From the NCBI GenBank assembly GCA_964247055.1, contig OZ176055.1, positions 186,001 to 250,000 of the forward strand: a DNA stretch of 64,000 nucleotides, read 5' to 3'. The stretch comes from Paragordius varius (Eukaryota > Animalia > Nematomorpha). The translations under genes were made by a program, and so were the position numbers. A model generated the notes under the pieces. It searched no databases. It saw nothing but the letters and a program-made list of their open reading frames with translations, and had not been told where the DNA came from. Shown here piece after piece: positions 24,901-37,328 of the stretch (its first letter is position 1; every line of letters starts with the position of its first letter).

Positions 24901-27900
24901 TTCTCAGTTTTCTGCAACTAAATGTTGAAACTTTCAAGAAAAAAAAATGCTTAAAAAAAACTCAAAATTTTGTAGCAAAAATTTAAAAACAGCCCCGAAC
25001 CATAACTACAAAAGTTTTAATTAAAATAATCAACCAAAATATCAAGATGAAAGAAAAAAAGCTTAAAATAATTTTCCAATCGCGAAATTTTTAAAGCCTT
25101 AAAACTTTTTTCAGAAACATCATGAATAACTCTAATATTATTATACGTTTTTATCAAACCTTTAATATAAATAAAAGCCTGAGAAATCCCTGAAAAATAC
25201 CAAGTACATTGGCCAAAAATAAATTTTAAAAAATAAAAATTAAATGCTGGATGGAATTTTTACGAAAAACCTTGAATTGTTCCCCAAAAAAAGGTAAAAA
25301 AAATCTTCGAAATCTATATTAAAACCCCAATAAAAAAACAAAAAATTTAAAATTTAAGGAATTCAAACGAAACAACCCAAAAAACTTATGAAATCCCTGG
25401 AAAATCAATGAGTTAACCTAATTTGTTAAATAAAACCTGACTTTTTATACAAAACAAAATTTTTAATCTTTTCAAAAAACCTCGTTCCAAAATTACCTCT
25501 CAAAATATACTCTAAAAACTTCAATTTTAAACACACCTTTTAAAACTTACCAAATATAAAAACTTGAACGTTTAAACACTTTAAAAACATAACTTACGAA
25601 ATTACATGTAACCAAACCCATACTTCAATAAACTATCCAAATTCAAACCCTTCTCTTGATGTAAAAAGTCCCGCAAATTGAAAATCCAAAAAAAAGTATT
25701 AAAAAAACCTTTAAAACTTTCCTAAACTTTTAAAAATCTTAAGAAATTCCTGGAAAATCAAGCGCATTAGCCAAATTAGTTTAAACCAAATGGAAAAATA
25801 CGAAACTCCTTAAAAAATCCCAAAAACTTAAAATTCAAAAAAATGAAAATCTTAGCAAATAAATTTTTTTAAAACATTTTGTTAAAAAACCTTTAAAAAC
25901 TTTAAACTTTTCTAACCTTTTCTAAACTTTTCTAAACTCAAAAATCTTACGAAATTCCTGGAAAATCAAGTGCATTTGCCAAATTAGTTAGATCAAAATC
26001 AATGGCTGGCCGGTTAAGTAAGAAAACTTTAAGAGCTCCAACGAAAGGAATATCACTGATGAGCGGATAAATATGAACGCGAATATTCCCGTGAAATGTA
26101 ACATTTTTAACGCCACTCTTTATGCCATTCACGTTAAGGGTGAATTCACAATCCCCCGCATAACTAAAATGAATTATAAAGAAAAAAAATTATTCAAAAA
26201 TTTTAAATATTATAGATATAAAATAATAAATTTGGGAAATATTTCAAATGATAATGAGAATTATATGTTTAAAAGTGTAAATATAAAAAACTAAAAAATT
26301 AATAGAAAATCAATTTTTATAATAATAATTATATAATAAAACAATAACAATAAAATTTTAGGGAAATGTATATTGATTCAAACTTAAATAAAATGTTTAA
26401 GGACAGCTATAAAAATTTTATAAATCATTTACTAAAAAAAAATTTTCGATAATTATGAATATATACAGTAAAAATTGATTTATACAGACAAAACGTGAAA
26501 ATATAAAGACAAATATATATTTTTTGGTAAAAGACAACCCCATACTTTTTAATATTCGTTTTTAGTAAACTTTAATTAATTCTTTAAACGAATATATAAT
26601 AGAGATGTTAATTGGTAACTAAATCAATGATGATTTAACAATTCTAATTAAATGATTCTTAAAAGAAAAATCAAGGTTTAAAAAAGTATGGTTGGTTGTC
26701 TTTTAAAAAACGTATTTGTCTTTATATTTTTATGTTTTGTCCGGAAATTTTCAATTTTTATTAATATGTTAATGGTTTATAATTATTAAACTCAAGATTT
26801 AAAAATGTTCAAGGTTGTCCTATGAAAAAAATTATTGGTCTTTATATTTTTAAGTGTTGTCCGTAAGTATAATTTCAATTTTTACTGTGCTTTTTATGTT
26901 ATATTAAAATAAAAAAAAAGACAACCGAAAATTCATTTAAACAATAAATTAAAGAAAAGGGAAAAAAATACAAAAATTAACTAATAAAAATAAATAGTAA
27001 TAATAAAATTTATATATAAAAAGACAAACTAAAAAATATCATTTACGATTTTATTAAACTTGAAAAATAAATATTAAATATTATAGATTTAATATTAAAA
27101 AAAAGTAAAAAAAATAAATTTTTAAAAAATTTAAATATAAAATATTTTTTTTTACAAAATTTCCATATCCATAATAATTTCGTCACGATTCAGCCTTTCC
27201 TGATAAACTTTTATGCCACCAATTCTCACAGGCTAAGTAAAATAAAATTAATATTTTTGAATTCAAATTAAATTATAAATATAAAAATAAATTTAATAAA
27301 TCAAATAATACATAAATATATATTTAAACATCAAATATTCAAAAAAGATAATTAATTAACTTATAAAACTCTAACAAAGAAGATTTGATATAAAATTTAT
27401 ATTTTTAAAATAAAAAAAACCATGAAAGCTAAAAAATTTAATAAATTTAATAAATTTAATAAATAATTAAATATTTAAAATTAAAATTAAATTAAAACAA
27501 TTATTTTAAATAAAAAATATTAGAATAAATAAAAATATAATTATATTTTATTCAAATTAATAAATTATTTAAAACTTTAATTTAAAAAAAAAAAAGAAAT
27601 TAATTTACAATATCGCCAACATCAATTGTTTCAAATCGAAATGTTTTTATAACAGCTGGCAATTTAGCTTTGACTTGAGGTTCAATCTGATTCTTAATCA
27701 TACTTTTCAAGTAATTATTTATGAAGGGCCACATTTGTAGAATTATCTAGAAATTAAATAAATTTAAAAAAAAATTTATATTATTACAAAATATTTTAAT
27801 TTGAATAAAATTGGAAAAAAAGGGGTGAAAATATTTTAAAAAATTGGAGAAAGAAATATTTTATTTAATAAAAACTATTTAAATTTGAATAAAATTGGAA

Positions 27901-29049
27901 AAAAATATTTTTTATTTTAATAAAAACTATATATAATTATAAATATAAAAAAAATAAATGCAATAATATTAAGAAATATTTTAATTTCAATAAAATTTGA
28001 AAAAAATATTTTAATAAAATCGGAAAAAACCATTTTATATTGATAAAAATTAAAAAACAAGAAAAATGCAAAAAACAAATTAATCAATTAGAAAAAAAAA
28101 TTATTTAAAAATAGGAACAAATATTGATTTTTTAATATTTATCTTAAAAATTACAGGTAAAAATTAAAATGTTACCTTATTTAACCATTCGGCCCTTTCG
28201 ACATCTGGGAAAAATACCTTTAAATAAAGGTAAAAATATTTATAGTTTTATAACAAAAAATTAATTTAAAATTTTTAAATTCTTAAAAATAGTATTTGGG
28301 CATTACAAAGACATATGTTAAGTAAGACAATATATTTAATTAATATTATAGATCCAAAAAGATATTAACTTAAAATAAAAAAGAATGATTTTTTTAAAAA
28401 TTTAATATTTTCTAAAAATAAACTTTTTTAAAATATTTAAAATTTTTATTTATAGATAAATTTATAATTTACCCAACTAGGTAATTCATGTAAATTCTTC
28501 ATAATTTGAGTTTTTTCCAATTTTTCGTCATTCAAGTTTTTAAAGGTTTCTCGATTCGTCTGCCTGGCTTTCCGTTGATTCCAAAGCCAGCTGACTAAGC
28601 AGGCGATTACGGCAATCCATATAAAACTAAATCTCCATCGACCAATCAAAAAGAGAACCATAAAAAGACCAAACCATTTGGCAAAACCAATCAAGAGACC
28701 AATTAAATCTAGGCTTTGAAGCGAAAATTCTGGAATTTCTGGTTTAGGGTATCCTGTATCAATTTTTTCTTTTTCGGGTTCGTTTCGGCCACTAACATCG
28801 ATCCAACGGGTGTTATCTAAAAAAATGTATTATTATATCGAATTTAAAATTACAAGCAAATTTTATGTATAAATAATACCGACTTCCATAATAATAATTG
28901 AATTCAAAAATAAAATTATACTTTAATTAAAAAAATGTTTTTTAATTTTTTAAACCTTGATAGCATTTATCATCTCTTGTTTCGTGATGTGAATCGCTCG
29001 GGGATATTAGATCCATTTATTTTGGGCTTAAACTAAGGTAAAATTGGAC
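13842..29049 (-). CDS. ESYT2: Extended synaptotagmin (hydrophobic hairpin + SMP + three C2 domains). Exons: 28816-28473, 28217-28176, 27746-27609, 27232-27156, 26163-25951, 24253-24133, 23518-23422, 22866-22796, 22293-22211, 21795-21747, 21061-20793, 20387-20240, 19679-19557, 18647-18525, 17790-17638, 17233-17101, 16923-16803, 16589-16551, 16418-16281, 16137-16063, 15468-15328, 15054-14952, 14246-14197, 13944-13842. Probable further 5' exon ~29049-28956; start codon unresolved
   Basis: ELPSWVFFPDVERAEWLNK, KSDPY, NNNLNPIWNE, DHDPNKDDFLG, GDLHARVEWL, LSTAILVIYVDSAKNLP, NPVWE, KNSLNPTFNE, VKNEGGFL. All 24 exons join with consistent phases at GT-AG sites. Paralogue number is not resolvable. Confidence 0.9.
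14351..14652. mobile_element. MITE family B
   Basis: TA|CAGT...ACTG|TA. Confidence 0.8.
15530..16037. mobile_element. MITE family A2 (same CCATTT termini, different ~45-bp TIR)
   Basis: CCATTTGCCCTTCAAGAGTGT...CACTTCAAGTTGGTCCTT is inverted at 15991-16037; TA flanks. Confidence 0.8.
18151..18448. mobile_element. MITE family B
   Basis: Both TIRs, well conserved. Confidence 0.8.
18920..19540. repeat. Degenerate ~20-bp minisatellite (AAAAATGTTGATTT/GACTTTAA) in an Esyt intron
   Basis: Recurrent motif visible by eye over ~600 bp. Confidence 0.6.
21879..21918. repeat. (TA)n microsatellite
   Basis: Perfect dinucleotide run. Confidence 0.9.
24622..24914. mobile_element. MITE family B
   Basis: Both TIRs present. 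Confidence 0.78.
26466..26887. mobile_element. MITE family B with a duplicated right arm
   Basis: One left TIR and two right-TIR segments (ending ~26762 and 26887). Confidence 0.72.
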
Positions 29050-29588
29050 TAAAAGCAAGTCATTTCATATGTGTTAATGCTCTATACAATAGCATATGAC
29101 AAAAAAATAGATTTAATTTAAAAAGCTAATTAAGATAATATTTATATCTTTTAAGTGCGCAAATAGATATATTACTAAATTTATTTTTACATATAATATT
29201 AAAAAAATTATATTAAAACTATCTGTAGAGTTTATGATCCTACCTATTTAAAAATACTCTATCTTAAACACGCTAGAATTTCGGTTGCGATTTAACCTTA
29301 CAAATCAAATTTTATATTCGATATAACAAGTGAATCAAAACAATGGATAAATAAATTTTTAAATGTGATGTGATCATTTATAACTTAAAATACACTTTGT
29401 TAGTATTATAAATATATGAGAAGCTCAAATGAAATTTTTTTAAAGCCATGGTTTTCTTTTATATGATAAAAATTTAACTTTATAACAGGACTTAAGTAAA
29501 GCAAGAAAATTTGATTCGAAGATGATAAAAAATGATATGACAAAGTAAAACTTGAAGATTTTGTAAGTGTAGAACAGACTGACGAATT

Positions 29589-29589
<1 letters not shown>

Positions 29590-29625
<36 letters not shown>
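29590..29625. repeat. (TA)n microsatellite
   Basis: Perfect dinucleotide run. Confidence 0.9.
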
Positions 29626-29627
<2 letters not shown>

Positions 29628-31706
29628 GTTTTATATGTATTTGGTTTTAAAAGTATTTAAAACCTTTGCTATGTTATAAACTTTTCCTTTTGATAATTTT
29701 TGGCTAATCAACGTCAAAATGAGTGGATACAAAAGTAAAAAACACAGCTAAATGTATGTTAGAACAGTATTTTAAAATATCTTAAATTAATTGATTCCGT
29801 TGTCTCTCAAATAAAACAGTCGCAATATGAATGTTAAAAAAACAAGAATTTATATTAATTGTAACAACACATATCGAAAACACTTAAATTTGTTACCTAG
29901 TTTAATAATAATGTAATAGTTTGGAGGATTACCAAAAAATATTTTCAATAAATAATCCCCTAAACAATAATTGATAGCGAGCCAAAAAATATATAAAGGT
30001 ATATATTAAATTTGTTATAATTTCTCCCAATAACCATATAATTAGCGCTTTAAAATTAAATTGACGAAAATATTTTTAAATTAATGAAGGTAAATTTCTA
30101 TCTAATAAAATAGTAATCTTGACTTCGTTTTACATAATATAATAAAAGCTAAAGGTTACTTAATAAAATTAAAACATATATAGATTTTTACATTAATAAT
30201 TTATTTCAAATGTATTGTTAATAATCAATTGAAATAATATGTTGCTATATTTATAAAAATTATTGCAAAAGAGCATCTAACTAAATGGTAGCAAAAGAGA
30301 GATGTTTACAGGAAATTCGTAGCGGACACTAGCGCAGATAATTTCTCGAATAACGCTAAATTGAAAACCACCATTTCGTGATAATTCTGGGTGACTTAGA
30401 AGAAATAATTAAATACTCTATAGTATGTATTATACCAGAAAACATTATGCGAAATTGTGGTAATATAATTGACGAGTGCTTTAGGGGCTAATGATTTCAT
30501 CACTTACATATTTTAGTTACCTGGCTATATAAAATTTAATTGTACAGACTATTTACTTTTTGGTGCTATATTTCATAAATTTTGGCTAAAAATGACCCAA
30601 ATAATTTCACTAAAATTCCAATTGGGTTACAAAAAATTTTACATTCATAAGCAAATGACTTAATTTTTTTATCACCGATCTTCAAGTGTACACTTACTGG
30701 CTTAAGTAAACTTGCTAAACTAGCCTGACTTACAAGTCAAGTGCGACTTTTTTTGTCACCACACCTATGTTTTAAAAATAATATTTTTAAAATTATTTCG
30801 CATAAATTATGTAAGTCTTTGTATTATATTACACAGTGAAATACTTAAAAAACTATTTTGTATTTTAAAAGTATTTAATAATTTAATGTTGCAAATATTA
30901 ACACATCAGAAATTTGATTTAAGAATTGGTTAGCCATAAAATTAATTATGCTTGCTTTTAAAATGATAACGGGAACAAAACAAATAAAATTTTGATACAT
31001 TTTTAAAATATAGTTAAACAAAATGATCATAAACATGTTTTTGTGGTATTTACTTATTGTATATATTTTAATAATCGAACATCTTTAAATACTCTTAAAA
31101 CGTTTTTTTGTGAAAATTGAAATGTTGTAGCTTCGTTTTCTGGATAATTTACGGTTTCAAACTAATAGTTCAAGTTATAATTTATGATAAAAATAACAAT
31201 TTTGTGTAGCATTTTGCTTGTCAACATTTATTTTCTGGTAGGCCATTTTTTCGGAGCTCTATTATATAGACCCGTTTCAAGAAAGACTCTTACATTTCTC
31301 AAGAATTAGCATAATTTTTCGCTAATTAAACTAGTGTTAAAGGAATAGCTAATATTATCATGATTTAGCAGTCTTAAAATTTCCAGTTTGGGTATATAGA
31401 TATGATATTTCATTCTATTGCAGTCATCCGTAGACCATGAATATAGTTTATTTCAAAGGGGCCCTCCCCCCTTTACAAAAAAATACGGTTGTAATGTGTT
31501 TTTTGATGGTTCATTTTTTTCGACTTATTTGACTAATAAGCAGTAACATGAAAGGGAGTGAACATCATTATGTTAAGCAAAAATAGTGTTTTTTCACCAA
31601 GGTCACACTTTATATACATAAAGTGTCAAAAAAACGCCTTTTTCGGTTCTATTTTTAACATTTTATGCCTTATAACCCAATAGATAATTGGTGATTGTAT
31701 AAATAA

Positions 31707-34700
31707 ATGAACAATAAATTTATTTTTTATCATTATTTATCATCAACCATTAATATCGGCCAAAAATATGCCTTTTCTTCGATTCTCTGGATTTGGGGTT
31801 TATTCTACTATCTTACAGGTTAGTTAATCAATTATTTTACATTACAGTTTTGATAGCGTTCACTTCTTCAGGAAACTCAAATGGTCCCCCATTTGAGTTT
31901 TATTGGAACATTCCTAGTAATGTTTGTTTGACGTCAACATCCTTTAAACAATTGCTACTACCCCTTGAGACGTATGGGATAAAAGCAAATCTAAATCAAA
32001 CTTTTTTTGGTGACACTATAAATATTTTTTATTTGCGACACGGATTATGGCCACATTACACTGAAATTGTTTCTTCAATCAATCCAAGTTCACCCCAAGA
32101 CAACTTTTCAAATGATAATTATTATGATAATACTATTCACAATGCCAAAACGTATGTACCCATCAATGGTGGAATACCTCAAAGAGGTGATTTAACCAAA
32201 CACCTGCTCCTATTTGAGGCCGCCATAAACGAAGTCATTCCCAACAAAAGCTTTGAGGTTAAGACTAATTTAATACAAAAAAATTGTTTAATTTTATTTC
32301 AAAATTGTTTTTAAATGTATTTTATAAATATTGCAAAATTGTTTAAAATATATGTTTAGGGCTTAGCCGTCATCGATTTTGAAGAATATATACCGAGTTT
32401 GGATTTGTTGGAGGGCAAAATACGTGATCTTTACAAGGTTTTAAAATTATAACATAAAATTTATAAATTTTAAGTTTAAAAGTTATTTCTGGGAGCAAAA
32501 CTGATATAATTTTTTTAAATCCCTTAATAGTTTTTGTAAATGCTTTGATAAAAAGTTTAAACGGCTTTCCAAAACTGCAGTGAAAGTCTTTCTAAAAAAT
32601 ATTTGAGTTTTTAACCATTTTAACATACTAATATTGTTTTTTAAATCAAACAAATACCATCTTAAACAGAGTATTTCTGTGTAAAAAGTATGACACGATA
32701 CTGTCAAATAACTAACCATAATAATAAATAAGAGATCTTGGTACAAAATTGATTTTTTAAACGATTACTATGCAGAACCGGAAAAAAGGGGCAAAAATTA
32801 ATCACTTCGATTTTACAGTAAACACTGAATTATACGGACAAAACGTAAAATATAAAGACAAATATTTTTTTAAAAAACAACCATACTTTTTAAATCTAGT
32901 TTTATATCAATATATAACTCATGTTTTAAATGGCAAAGTGTGAAATAGAGTTATACAACATAAACACAATCAATTCCATATTTTAAAATGGTAACTAAAT
33001 AGCTTTTAGGATAAAAATTTAAGGGTTTAGTAAAGTATTGATTGTCTTTTAAAAAAAATATTTGTCTTTATATTTTTACGTTTTGTCCTTCCGTATAATT
33101 TCAATTTTTACTGTAAACCACATGATTAATTCTAATAATATTCCATATAAGGAACAATCAAAACTATATGCTCAAACTCTATATCCCCAACTCTCCGGGC
33201 AAAAACTCAAGCAAATGTCAACCCAACTTTTTAACACGGCAGCCCGAACATTTTTTGAATGGACACTTCGATTAGCAATTACAATGAGACCTAGAGCTAA
33301 ATGGGGTTACTATGGATATCCTCACTGTTATCGGATGTAGGAAAATTAATATATAAATATATACGTTTTTTGAAAAAAAAAGGAAATAAAATCTATTAAT
33401 ACTTGGTTAGTTTGTATAAGAAATGACCTATAAAATTATAAATAAATAAAATTCCGACAGAAAATTTTGAGGGCCGAATATATATAGCTATAAAATTACT
33501 TGCTTTTGTAAAAACCAATCGTTTTATTTCACTTCTTTTAAGGGGAAATTACATTGATATACCATAAAAAAGCGTTGATTTATTCATTAAAATAAAGCGA
33601 AATTATTATAATAAAATTGTCTAAATCGTTAATGAAAAATATTTGGCTAAACAATACCAAAAATCATTCCCTATAAACTCTTGTAAAATATAATTTATTA
33701 TTTACAGTTCCTTTAATGATATCAAGTGTAGTGCACGAATGTCCAAATTAAATGACGATATTCTTTGGTTATATAATATATCAACCGCGTGGTATCCTAG
33801 CATTTATTTGTACACCAACAAATTTACTCAACCCTTAGATACTGGAGTTTGGATTCATAAGGGTAAAAAAATTTAAATATACGGTAAAAATTTAAATTAA
33901 ACAGATAAAATGTAAAAACATAAAAGACAAATATTTTTTAAGGACAACCATACTTTTCAAACTTTATTTTTTACATATACAGTCATGTATTCTTTATTTT
34001 TTAAAAAATTTATTTTTTTTCGTTAAATGGGTATATTTGGTAAAGAAAGGAAAACAAGAGCTTTATGGTATTTCTTATACTTTTTAATGAATATGATATT
34101 GTTAATACCATAGAGAGCTGTTTTTTACCATTCTTTTCCAAATATTTATACCCATTAAACAAAGAAAAATAAATTTTGGTAAAATACATGACTGTAAATT
34201 AATTAATTACAATGGTGAATGTTAAGAGTGTTACCAATTACATCTCTATTTCTTATTTTCATTTTTAAAAAAACAATGTGTTTGTTATATGTAAAAAAAT
34301 CAAGTTTAAAGTACAGTAATCTTTTGAAAAAAATGGCCTCTATATTTTTACGTTTTGTTTGTATAACTTTTATTTTACTGTATATCTTTGTAATTCTATA
34401 AAGTTTTGGATGAAAGTTTGAGATTAAGGCAAAAGTTAACTAGATATGTGCCAATTTTTGCCTACTTTCGTTTCGAGTATGCATCTGCAGAAGACTATGC
34501 TCAAAAATATGAAAATTATTTGAGTGAAATCGATCTAAAATTCTCGTTTAAACAAGCCCTTGATATGGATATCGATGGAATAGTATGTAAAAATTAATTT
34601 TTGTAAAACATAACAAAAAAATATTTTTTTTCAACAAGCTGATATAAATAAATGTCACGTTTTAAAAAAAGTAATAAGAATTTAGCGCCAATATTTTATC

Positions 34701-35458
34701 GATTAATTTTAATTTACATGTTCATAATTTTTAGGTTATATGGGCTTCATCAAATCACTTGGCGGATAAATGTTTAAACATTTCGAATTATTTGCAAACT
34801 ATTCTGGGGCCATATGTTACAGAAACGCTAAATTTTGCCTACGGTAATATTATTAAACATATTCCAAAAAATTGTTTAGGTTTATTCAATCAACATTTTT
34901 AGAATTATTTACAGTAAAAGTCAAAATTGTAAGAACAAAACCTACAAAATAAAAGGCTATTATTATTTCTAAAAAGAACCTTAACTTTTTTAATATTGGT
35001 CATCTATCGTGTTGAATTGATCGATGAGTAATAGAGATATTGGTAAAATTGGAATTTATTACGATTTTTAAACAAAATTTTAGTCCTTAACTCTCTAAGT
35101 TTTTTCTTTATATTTTTAATCATAACTGTGTGATGTAGAATGTCGCAATTTATTGTGTCAAGATAACTCATTGTCACTTTTACCGGCAAATCCTATCAGC
35201 ACACTGGTCAGTACCTCAAGATACCGCAATATAAATCAAGATTGGCTTTCTAAACATGCTACATTGTCAGACCCCGGAGGCAAGAAGAGACCTAAAAAAT
35301 GTGTTTCAATATCTTACGATAGCATAGATTATGTTAAAAACGTAGCGTATTCCCAATCAAATTCTGTGCAATCCTTTTATCTCGACAATGGCGATGAAGA
35401 AAAATCAATGTTCCCTAAAAATGCCTTGTTGGCCCAGAGCTTGTATGATTGTCCATAA
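31707..35458 (+). CDS. Hyaluronidase (glycoside hydrolase family 56); exons 31707-31818, 31848(or 31857)-32257, 32360-32437, 33152-33336, 33708-33862, 34404-34582, 34735-34843, 35139-35458
   Basis: FYWNIP, NGGIPQRGDL, GLAVIDFEE (catalytic D-x-E), RPRAKWGYYGYPHCY, NDDILWL, YPSIYL, GIVIW, LGPYV, C...LC; phases consistent. First exon and C-terminus are less certain. Confidence 0.88.
32816..33113. mobile_element. MITE family B
   Basis: TA|CAGT...ACTG|TA. Confidence 0.82.
33882..34380. mobile_element. MITE family B carrying a family C insertion
   Basis: TA|CGGT...ACTG|TA; fills almost all of hyaluronidase intron 5. Confidence 0.75.
33980..34194. mobile_element. MITE family C, nested in a family B copy
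   Basis: TA|CAGTCATGTAT...ATACATGACTG|TA; ~90-bp imperfect inverted repeat. Confidence 0.8.
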
Positions 35459-37328
35459 ACTTTTGTAAAAAAAATACTAATTTATGTCTATTTTATAATC
35501 AATCATTAGCATTTACAACTAGTCCTATTTTATAATACTTATCTATTTAATAAATACGTTTTTGACTCTACCAATTGTTAATTATAATGAAAATATATTT
35601 TTCCGATGTGATAAAGGTTAGTAATAAAGAACTGAATTTTATTACTTAACAACTCAATTATTGATTAATCAACAAAAATTATAAAACTAGATAAAAATTT
35701 TATTAATTTTTAATAAGACCAGATTTATGTATCCCCACATAATTTTACTTACAATAAAAGTTAAAATATAGCATCCGTTTTTTGCAATGTTTGTATATGT
35801 TAGGCCGATGTAAGGGTTTGTTTAAGTTCTGGATATTTGATGCTTATTTTTTTATATTTTCTATCTATCTGATCTAAGCCCTTTCTTTAGCACTTTTTCA
35901 AGACATAATTGCAAAATATTTTTTCGGGGTATTGACGCGTGGCCATGAGAAAGTACCTAAGTTACCCGTAAAATTCATAGATTCGTCATTACTCGCTACA
36001 TATCTACCGCGTTGATGATCATATGCTGTGTCATTAAGATAAAATATAAATTTATTATTATTTAAATTATGATTCATATTCGACATCATTGATTTATGGA
36101 AAATAGCTCAACTCCCATCATGACTTCACATTACTACCATTTATTTTTACAGTAAAACAAAAACTTGGAGATAATAATCTACGTTTGTAATATACATTTA
36201 TTTTTTTATTGAAATTTATATTTGGAAAGAAATATACAGTTTAGTATCTATTTCTTCCTTTTTTATTTAAAGGCTAGGGCACATTGCATTTGGTTAAATC
36301 TGCCAGGTCTGACAGGGAGAATGAAAAGAGTTTCTAAATTGTGGCACACTACACACAGTGAACTATCCGGTTCAGACCTTATATACCATATCACGCCATA
36401 AAATTGCATCGTCGCTTGTGTGTCCCCTTAACTTTTTATTTTCTTCTTTTTTTCCTAAAGATAATAAATTACTTTTGCTATAATTATTTATCTTTTAAAA
36501 ACTTTATGTAAAGTCATCTAATTAAGAAAATTCAGTTATATAACTATGAAATTTGCGGAAACCTTATATTCATTTTATTGACATTATATCATTTAATTTC
36601 TATATATTAACAAAAACACTAAACCAATCACCTTTTTTAATATTGCCCGATCATTTGTTGGAATATGGTTTCCTTATGTTTTTTGTCAAATGATTAGAGT
36701 TTGTTGTTCTTTAAATAAGTTATTAAATGTTCTTCATTATTAATTCAATGCAAAAAATGTATTCAAATAAAGATCATATAAAATTTTGTTTGCTTAATAA
36801 ATTTTTTTACTCTGTAGATTTTAAAAAACTGAAACTTAGATGGTGGTGTATTATATGTCTGCAAATATATGTTTATATTATAAAATAAACCTAAAGTCTA
36901 AATATCCTGTGCTAGAATAATTTGACAAATAAATCACATAACAAATACAGACTTGAAATTTGATTGCGTTTCAGTTTTTGGAGGTAATTTCAGAGAATTA
37001 TCTGATATTTTGGTTTCGGTGCTGGCATATCTGGCCAAATACATTTAACTGGTCCTTATATATTTGCAATATTTTTTTCATGCGCGAGATTTTGCGCAAC
37101 CTATTGCTTGATGTACAACATATTTTGCCTAAATACAAAATAAATTTTTATATTCATTTAATCCGTCTGATTAAAATATATATAAATTAAATATATGACA
37201 TTTTTGACTCTTATTAATCAATTTATAGCCATTTTACAAATAAATAATACTTTTTTTTACATCCATTTACCCCAAAACCGATAATATTTTTTAAAATTAC
37301 ATGCGAAGTCTTTTGATTGTTAAGTCCC

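Noticed and set aside
28956-29015. ATG 29015 as the Esyt start (MDLISRAIH...)
   Set aside because: It ends in phase 0 whereas the next exon needs phase 1; another frame of this segment fits, so the true start is unresolved.
29100-31700. Short hairpins and GC patches in the Esyt-hyaluronidase divergent intergenic region (e.g. TGACTTACAAGTCA, AAAGGGGCCCTCCCCCCTTT)
   Set aside because: Stems are too short to exceed chance and no RNA-gene signature was recognised.
35898-37040. Faint resemblance of minus-strand fragments to COX6A (AYDHQR, FSWP, AILW)
   Set aside because: The transmembrane helix and spacing could not be reconstructed; similarity is too weak to name a gene.
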